This document shows positions 55,343-60,927 of a DNA stretch of 60,927 nt, one piece after another. The DNA comes from an uncultured Bradyrhizobium sp. (GTDB taxonomy: Bacteria > Pseudomonadota > Alphaproteobacteria > Rhizobiales > Xanthobacteraceae): contig CADEDX010000001.1 of the NCBI GenBank assembly GCA_902826195.1, positions 1 through 60,927 of the forward strand, in the 5' to 3' direction. Position numbers and translations under genes: made by a program. Within the stretch, counting starts at the first letter, position 1, and every line of letters begins with the position of its first letter. The notes below the pieces were generated by a model, which ran no database searches, was not told the origin of the DNA, and saw nothing but the letters and a program-made list of their open reading frames with translations.

Positions 55343-55905
55343 CCCGCGCCGCGCCAGAAAGGCTCATCGCCCGGATGCTGGCGGCGCTATGCCTCGCCCG
55401 CGACACGATCGACCATCAGACCAAGGGCGACAAGCTCGCGCGCGAGGGATCGAAATCCGTCCTTTCCTTGATCGGCGCCGTCATCATCGAAGCCGAGACG
55501 CAGCCGCGCAACCGCCCGAGTTACGATGATCTCGCAAACATGCTAACGCGCGTGCTGCCGTATATCGAAAGCGCGATAGACGACACGACCTATAAGCCCG
55601 GCGTCGTCCAAAAGCTCGCGCTCGAGATCGGCCGCATGATCCTCCGCGCCGAGATCGGGGAAACCCTCCGCCTCGATATCGGGAAGCGTAGAATCTTCGT
55701 TGGCTCGCTGGCGGAAGCGTCCGCCACCTATGCCGAAATCCGAGACGCCAGCCGCGAAGGCGCCAGCACGTTCCCGACCGGCGTCATCCTGCGCGACGAC
55801 AAGCGAATCGCAACCGTCTCGTATAACGCGAAGGTTTTCGACAACGCGCGCGCTTGTATCTTCGACCCCTACAGCGCCGAGCATGGCAAGGAAGGTGCGT
55901 CGTGA
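55339..55905 (+). CDS. Hypothetical protein
   Basis: C-terminal SLAEAS..RD.S.EGAS..VSYNAKV. Confidence 0.65.
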   Translation: MTRAAPERLIARMLAALCLARDTIDHQTKGDKLAREGSKSVLSLIGAVIIEAETQPRNRPSYDDLANMLTRVLPYIESAIDDTTYKPGVVQKLALEIGRMILRAEIGETLRLDIGKRRIFVGSLAEASATYAEIRDASREGASTFPTGVILRDDKRIATVSYNAKVFDNARACIFDPYSAEHGKEGAS

Positions 55906-56192
55906 CCGAAAGCATCATCCGGCGCAGCGCCGGCGCGACGTCCTACGTCGGGCCCGACGCCGTAGAGCTCTACCGCGTGGCCTTGCTGCGCGCCTCGATC
56001 GAGATGCATCGCAGCACGGGCATAATCCCGGCTCGCGGTATCGGCATAACCAAGCTGTTCCGCATGGCCGGCGCGGTGACGGGGAAGACCTATCGCCGCA
56101 AGGATCACGAGCGCGCGGTCGCCGACTTGACGCAATGGATCGAGGCGATGAAGGCCGCGATCCCGGTCGAGCGCGAAGGGGAGGACCGCTGA
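55902..56192 (+). CDS. Hypothetical protein
   Basis: GTGA-coupled; TGKTYRR..AVADL..W. Confidence 0.65.
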   Translation: MTESIIRRSAGATSYVGPDAVELYRVALLRASIEMHRSTGIIPARGIGITKLFRMAGAVTGKTYRRKDHERAVADLTQWIEAMKAAIPVEREGEDR

Positions 56193-56193
56193 T

Positions 56194-56724
56194 ATGGCGA
56201 ACCCGTATTTGGAGCCACACGAGATCTCCGAGGACAAGGCGCGGGCCGCCGAGCCGATCAACGCGCGGCTGCTGGCGATGGCTCGGAAGATTGTCAACGA
56301 CTGGCACGCCGACGACGCCAATTTCGAGCGCGAGTTGGACGGCACGCCAGAATGGCTCGCGCTCGCGCGCCGGATCATCGCCGAGGCCGAGGCGCAGCCG
56401 AAGCCCGTGATTTATGCCCTTCTCTCTAATCAAGGGACGGCCTGCGACGAAACCGCGCTCTCTGCCGACGAATACACGGCAGAGAACCGGGCGAGGATCG
56501 AGGCTGCGATAGACCCGGAGAACCCCGATGCGCCGGTTCCCGGAACCTGGACCGATTGCAGCGGCAATGAAGCCCTACAGCCCGATCCCGACCGCCCGAC
56601 CTATGACGAGTTGCTGGACGGGCTGGCCGCGCTTGAGTTGTGGGCTTGCCGGATGGGCGGATGGGAGTCCGAAGTCTGGCAAGACACTCGCGATCTGCTG
56701 CGCCGCGCCGGGCGGGAGGGCTGA
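56194..56724 (+). CDS. Hypothetical acidic protein
   Basis: GGAGG RBS, tightly packed. Confidence 0.6.
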   Translation: MANPYLEPHEISEDKARAAEPINARLLAMARKIVNDWHADDANFERELDGTPEWLALARRIIAEAEAQPKPVIYALLSNQGTACDETALSADEYTAENRARIEAAIDPENPDAPVPGTWTDCSGNEALQPDPDRPTYDELLDGLAALELWACRMGGWESEVWQDTRDLLRRAGREG

Positions 56725-56727
56725 GCC

Positions 56728-56973
56728 ATGATCGACCATCGCACGCTCGGCAAGCTCGCGGCCGAAGCTTTCGCCCTTGGCCTCAAGCATGGCGGCACGC
56801 AAGCCGGGCCGATCGACAGCGCGCGCCTTGCGGCCTTCCTGCGAATGCCAGGTGTCCGCCTGACTATCGAGCGCCGGAAGATCCGTCAGGTGTATGGCGC
56901 GGCGTTCGATATCGCCGCCACGCATCGCCGCATCGAAGCGCGGCGCGCGAAAGAGGAAGCGAGGGAGCCGTGA
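56728..56973 (+). CDS. Hypothetical protein
   Basis: GGAGG RBS. Confidence 0.55.
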   Translation: MIDHRTLGKLAAEAFALGLKHGGTQAGPIDSARLAAFLRMPGVRLTIERRKIRQVYGAAFDIAATHRRIEARRAKEEAREP

Positions 56974-57245
56974 ACCTTTACCACGTCTATGACTATACCG
57001 AGGACGGCGACGGCGCATGGTTCCCGACGAAGCCGCTCGCGGTCGCGCACGTCCGGACTTTCTACGCCCACGCCTATGCGCGCGGCTTCCTCACGCTCGA
57101 CAAGGTGGAGGTCGCCATGCCGGAAACCCGCCTTGGCGTCTGCAATATCCTGAACCGCTCGACGTTCGCGCTTAAGCGTCGCCCTCTCAATCCGTGGACT
57201 GGCGTTCCGATCAAACCGAAAGGCAAAGACAATGACCGTGCTTGA
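56970..57245 (+). CDS. Hypothetical protein
   Basis: GTGA-coupled. Confidence 0.5.
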   Translation: MNLYHVYDYTEDGDGAWFPTKPLAVAHVRTFYAHAYARGFLTLDKVEVAMPETRLGVCNILNRSTFALKRRPLNPWTGVPIKPKGKDNDRA

Positions 57246-58149
57246 GACTGGAATCTCGTGGACTAACTCGACGTGGAATCCGACGACCGGCTGCACGAAG
57301 GTTAGCGCCGGCTGTGATTTCTGCTATGCCGAAGCCCTGACTAACCGCCTGTGGGGCGGAGGCTTCGAGTATGTGAAACAGCATCCGAAGCGCCTCGCCG
57401 CCGTCGCTAAATTCACGCCGCTTGCCTACACCGATCCGGACGGCCGCAAGGGCTTCAAGCCGCGCCTCGTGTTCGTCAATTCCATGTCCGATCTCATGCA
57501 CAAGGACATTGAGGACAGCTTCCGCGACAGCGTTTTCGAGGCAATGGACACCATGCCCTCGACCGTCTTTCAGATTCTCACGAAGCGGCCGATGACGCTG
57601 CGGCGCTACATCGAAGCGCGCTTCCGGTATTCGGGCGTCCCCGACAATCTGTGGCTCGGCATCAGCGTCGAGGACAATCGCGTCAAGAGCCGCATCGACA
57701 TTCTGCGGGAAATGAAAACCGCGGTCGGCCCCTTCACCGCGTTCCTGTCCGTCGAGCCGCTGATCGGACCCTGCGACGATATGGATTTTCACCAGATCAA
57801 TCAGGTCTTGATCGGCGGCGAGAGCGGGCCGAACGCGCGAGACATGCGCATCGAATGGGCGCGCGACGCTCGCGATCTCGCCGACGAAGCCGGCGCCGCA
57901 ATCTGGTTCAAGCAATTCGGCAAATGGTCGAACAATCCGCTCTACGCCGCCGCCAATGGCCCGCGCCATATCGACCGCGTGCGCCAAGCGATCCGCGCCG
58001 GCGAGCAACACGCGCATATCGTCGCCGACGCGAGCGGGACGAAGATCGTCGGCGAGAAGGGCGGCGCCACGCTCGACGGAAAGACACATCACGAATTGCC
58101 GCCCGCCTTCGCGCGCCTCTTTCGCAAGCTCAACGGACGGAGCGCCTAG
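57232..58149 (+). CDS. DUF5131 (phage Gp37/Gp68) radical-SAM-like protein
   Basis: TGISWT..TWNP..GCTKVSAGCDFCYA, FVNSMSDL, LTKRP, SVEPL, GGESG, FKQ.G. Confidence 0.9.
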   Translation: MTVLETGISWTNSTWNPTTGCTKVSAGCDFCYAEALTNRLWGGGFEYVKQHPKRLAAVAKFTPLAYTDPDGRKGFKPRLVFVNSMSDLMHKDIEDSFRDSVFEAMDTMPSTVFQILTKRPMTLRRYIEARFRYSGVPDNLWLGISVEDNRVKSRIDILREMKTAVGPFTAFLSVEPLIGPCDDMDFHQINQVLIGGESGPNARDMRIEWARDARDLADEAGAAIWFKQFGKWSNNPLYAAANGPRHIDRVRQAIRAGEQHAHIVADASGTKIVGEKGGATLDGKTHHELPPAFARLFRKLNGRSA

Positions 58150-58151
58150 CC

Positions 58152-58637
58152 ATGGCACGCAAGAGCCCGAGCGAACAGGAACGCCGCGCTTCGTCCGAGC
58201 GCTTGAAGCGCCTGTGGAGCATCCCGCAATACCGCGAGCGCATCGCCAAGCTCTCGGCCGAGCGGATGACGCGCCTCAATGCCGACGCGGCTTTCGCCGC
58301 AAAGCGCAACGCAGCGAACGCCCGCCAGCGCCGCACGCCCGAGGCACGCCGGCAAGCCTCCGAGCATTTCCAGCGCGTCTATCAGGACCCGCAACAGCGC
58401 GCCGCGCTCTCGGCCCGCGCCTCGCGCACCATGTCCGAGCGTCGCGAGGAATTCGCCGGCTATGCCCTCAAGGGCAGCCGCGAGCAACACGGGATTTTCT
58501 ACTGCCCGGCCGCGTGGCGCGGCATCTACAAGGGGCTTTGTCAAAAGCTCGGCCTCGCCGCCGCGCGGGATGAAATCCGCCGCCGGCTCGAGAGGGAGAC
58601 ATTCGGCAAGCTCGCGCCGGATGCGTTCCGCAAATGA
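58152..58637 (+). CDS. Basic helical-repeat protein (NUMOD3-like repeats)
   Basis: Repeating SERLKRLW..PQYR / SEHFQRVYQDPQQR. Confidence 0.55.
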   Translation: MARKSPSEQERRASSERLKRLWSIPQYRERIAKLSAERMTRLNADAAFAAKRNAANARQRRTPEARRQASEHFQRVYQDPQQRAALSARASRTMSERREEFAGYALKGSREQHGIFYCPAAWRGIYKGLCQKLGLAAARDEIRRRLERETFGKLAPDAFRK

Positions 58638-59194
58638 TCGGCCGTCGCGCCTTCCTCTCGCTGGCTGCCGGTGCCGCCGTCTCGCTCGCACGGCCCGCGC
58701 TCGCCGAGAGCGATCCGCCGCCGTCCGATGGCCTGCCGCTCGGCAACGGCCCGCCGTTCCCCGTCGCGGAGTGGCGCGACTTCGCCGAACATTTCCCGCG
58801 CCAGGTCGCGCGCCGTCAACGGCCGATGGTGATCGAGGGCGGAAGCTGGCGCGCGCTGGTCGCGGCTATCCGTCGCGCGCCGCGCCTGCCCTATGCGCCC
58901 GAGCTATTGCGGTGGGAAATCCGCCGGGATCGCGGCGCGTGCGCCGTCCGGTCCCTTACCGTCCGCGCCTTCCTCGCCGATGAAGGCTTCCCGCTCGAAG
59001 CTCTCGCGCCCTGCGCTGTCTGGAATGGTGACGTGCTGCACATGGTCTTGTGCGTCGTCGGCGTCGATCGAGACGGGAAGCCCGCCGATTACGTCATCGA
59101 CAGCATCGGCAACGTGCTGGCTCCGTGGCGCGTGTTCCCGTATCGCTTCGAGGCCCGCTATCATTCCGGGCTGGCGTGGCAGCGGTGCGGATGA
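58634..59194 (+). CDS. Tat-exported transglutaminase-like cysteine protease (BTLCP/LapG-like)
   Basis: GRRAFL..ALA signal; GAC..GFP..L..HMVL.V..YVIDS triad. Confidence 0.65.
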   Translation: MIGRRAFLSLAAGAAVSLARPALAESDPPPSDGLPLGNGPPFPVAEWRDFAEHFPRQVARRQRPMVIEGGSWRALVAAIRRAPRLPYAPELLRWEIRRDRGACAVRSLTVRAFLADEGFPLEALAPCAVWNGDVLHMVLCVVGVDRDGKPADYVIDSIGNVLAPWRVFPYRFEARYHSGLAWQRCG

Positions 59195-59425
59195 AATGTA
59201 GCCGGAGAGCGTGAGGGGTTCGCCCGGCGCAACGCCGCTGATCTCGATTATGTCATTCCAGCTAAGGTCGGCGTCGAGCCATTCGCCGGTTTCCGTGGCC
59301 CACCCTTCAATCGTGGCGCTCAATCCGCGCCATTGATCGGCAGCGGCAATGTCCGGCAACAGCGCCGACGCTTTCGCGACCGCGGGCGAGGCCAGCATCC
59401 CGAGGATGAAGGTGCGCCGGTTCAT
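58904..59425 (-). CDS. Tat-signal hypothetical protein (3' part antisense to the protease gene)
   Basis: MNRRTFILG..AKA; ATGA-coupled to the upstream gene. Confidence 0.5.
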   Translation of the reverse strand: MNRRTFILGMLASPAVAKASALLPDIAAADQWRGLSATIEGWATETGEWLDADLSWNDIIEISGVAPGEPLTLSGYISSAPLPRQPGMIAGLEAIREHAPRSQHVADAVDDVIGGLPVSIDADDAQDHVQHVTIPDSAGRESFEREAFIGEEGADGKGPDGARAAIPADFPPQ

Positions 59426-59643
59426 CGCCGCAGGATCGCGTGCGCGAGTAGCTCTTGCGCCACGTCTTTCTCCGCATGGCCTCCATCAACCATGCCGTTT
59501 CGCCAGCCGTGCCAGTAGGAATCGGATCGGTTGCCGCCCGGCGACGGATCGCCGGCAATGCCGTCGTGGTAGCCTTCGACGATCTCGGCTTCGTCGAGCT
59601 CGGCCAAGCGCGCGAGCGTCGTCACGGGTGCGCGCTCCGTCAT
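59422..59643 (-). CDS. Conserved phage hypothetical protein
   Basis: EIVEGYHDG..PGGNRSDSYWHGWRNG. Confidence 0.7.
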   Translation of the reverse strand: MTERAPVTTLARLAELDEAEIVEGYHDGIAGDPSPGGNRSDSYWHGWRNGMVDGGHAEKDVAQELLAHAILRR

Positions 59644-60275
59644 AGCGGATCGCCCTCGAGAACCAAGCCGGCGTAGATCATCGCGGCGCCCGTCTTGCCT
59701 TTCGCCTGCCAGCGCTTCGCTATCGTGCAGCGCATCCGGCGGCAGAGGCCGGCGAGCGCGCGCGCCATCAATTCGTCCTGCGATCGAGAGCCGCCGGCGG
59801 CGCGCCCGCGTATGCCGGCGATCGCCCGCAGCGAAAGCGGATAGTCGCCGACGCGAAGCTTGAGCCCGGAGCCTTCCGTCAGAACCATGCCGATCCGCTC
59901 GCCCGGTTTCACGGGCCGACGCGCGGCGACGATGATCGCCTGTTCCCAGGGTGCGCCCCATGCGTCCAGATCGAAGACGTTGAACGCGGTCAGGTCGATC
60001 GACCGCAGGACGCGCCGGTTGTCGGCGACGAAAGCCTCGCGCGCGTCGCGATACCATTCGAGGTCGCACCCGACATAGCGGGCCGCTTTGCTCCACACCG
60101 CGTCAAACATCTTGCCATCGCCGGCGAACGCATCGAAGACGCGCGCGTTATCGGCGCCGATGGCCTCGAGAACGCGCCGCCGGAGCTCGATCTTGGCCGG
60201 CATCGTGGCCGCGTGATTGTTCGTCTTGAGCGCTTCCGACGCGAGGGAGTCGCCCCAGGTCGCCGCCTTTTTCAT
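59640..60275 (-). CDS. Class I SAM-dependent methyltransferase (Trm1/TcmP-like motifs)
   Basis: VFDAFAGDG and FDLDAWGAPW..LTEG. Confidence 0.7.
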   Translation of the reverse strand: MKKAATWGDSLASEALKTNNHAATMPAKIELRRRVLEAIGADNARVFDAFAGDGKMFDAVWSKAARYVGCDLEWYRDAREAFVADNRRVLRSIDLTAFNVFDLDAWGAPWEQAIIVAARRPVKPGERIGMVLTEGSGLKLRVGDYPLSLRAIAGIRGRAAGGSRSQDELMARALAGLCRRMRCTIAKRWQAKGKTGAAMIYAGLVLEGDPL

Positions 60276-60862
60276 TCGTGCGCCGTGGTGCCGAGTTCAA
60301 TTTCCACGTCGGGAAGTTGCTTCATCGAATCCCGCAGCGCCGAGAGCGCTTTCGCCTGCGACGCGAGCGGGCCGCGGACGGAAATCCAGAAGCGATCCTC
60401 GACGTCATGCGTCGCGATCTCGACAATCTCGATATCGGTGGCCGCATCGCGCAACAGCGCCTCGGCCTCGGCGGCGTCGTAGCCGATGGACGCAATGTCC
60501 GTCATGCCATGCTCGCGGAGAAGATCCCGCACGCGGGCTTCAACGTCGCGGCCGAGCGTGCCGAGCTTGTTGTCGCCGACCATGAAAGCGTCGGCGGTTT
60601 TCTGATCGACGTCCCATAGCAACACGTCGATCTCGGTGAGGCCGGCTTGCCGGCAAGCTTCGGTGACGCCATGGCCGGCGACGATCATCCGGTTTTCGCG
60701 CCGGACCAACACGGGCCGCGTCTGTCCGAAGCGCTTCACCGAGGCGGCGAGCTTCGCGATTTGCTCGGCGGGATGAGCGCGCGGATTGCGCGGGTTCGGC
60801 ACAAGGGTTTCGATGACGGCGCGCACCGATTCGATCGGCGGCGTTGACGCGGCTTTAGCCAT
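60272..60862 (-). CDS. ParB/Srx-like N-domain protein
   Basis: PNPRNPRAH..QIAKLAASVKRFG..IVAGHG..GDNK. Confidence 0.85.
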   Translation of the reverse strand: MAKAASTPPIESVRAVIETLVPNPRNPRAHPAEQIAKLAASVKRFGQTRPVLVRRENRMIVAGHGVTEACRQAGLTEIDVLLWDVDQKTADAFMVGDNKLGTLGRDVEARVRDLLREHGMTDIASIGYDAAEAEALLRDAATDIEIVEIATHDVEDRFWISVRGPLASQAKALSALRDSMKQLPDVEIELGTTAHE

Positions 60863-60927
60863 CTTGCCGAACCCCCAGACGGGCCGAGCCCCCCCGGCCC
60901 TCAAAATCGCGGCCGCGTGAATGAAGG

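Noticed and set aside
1-60927. tRNA, rRNA, CRISPR array, integrase, transposase, DNA polymerase; interpretation as a GTA cluster
   Set aside because: None recognised by eye (tRNAscan/HMM scans would be decisive); replication, recombination and cos-type packaging genes indicate a true phage rather than a GTA

Overview
The window looks like an essentially complete ~61 kb, high-GC tailed phage genome (HK97-type head, long non-contractile tail). The host is probably an alphaproteobacterium (DUF6456/GafA-like, GapR-like and RcGTA spike-base-like genes), and the sequence appears to be opened at or near cos. Layout: (1) a leftward operon at 5643->254 (XRE regulator, TSCPD, GapR-like, RuvC-like, adenine MTase, DUF1376 replication initiator with internal ori, loader-like gene, DUF6456 late regulator, HNH), which would continue across the window junction into 60862->58904 (ParB-like, SAM MTase). 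(2) A rightward operon at 5888->22524 (MTase, RecE-like, SMC-like ATPase, Sak4-like, ParB, HerA-like, Lar, ASCH, many small genes). (3) A leftward late region at 51992->22583 (terminase, portal, protease, capsid, head-spike module, neck, tail, lysis). (4) An oppositely oriented ~7 kb island at 52200->59194 between terS and the cos-proximal genes. I found no integrase, second (CI-like) repressor, tRNA or CRISPR array. Most notable: an intact type II hammerhead ribozyme between the first two island genes, flanked by two proteins sharing an unrecognised 40-aa helical module (one fused to a partial beta-clamp); an RcGTA-like head-spike base followed by two candidate spike cargoes (a nested-domain SPRY protein and a polysaccharide deacetylase with a C-terminal Gly-X peptide); a DUF6527 protease-like gene inside the lysis cassette; a holin-like/SLT fusion; a Tat-exported LapG-like protease; and a pseudoknot plus -1 frameshift at the tail chaperone. 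All family calls come from reading motifs by eye, not from database searches.
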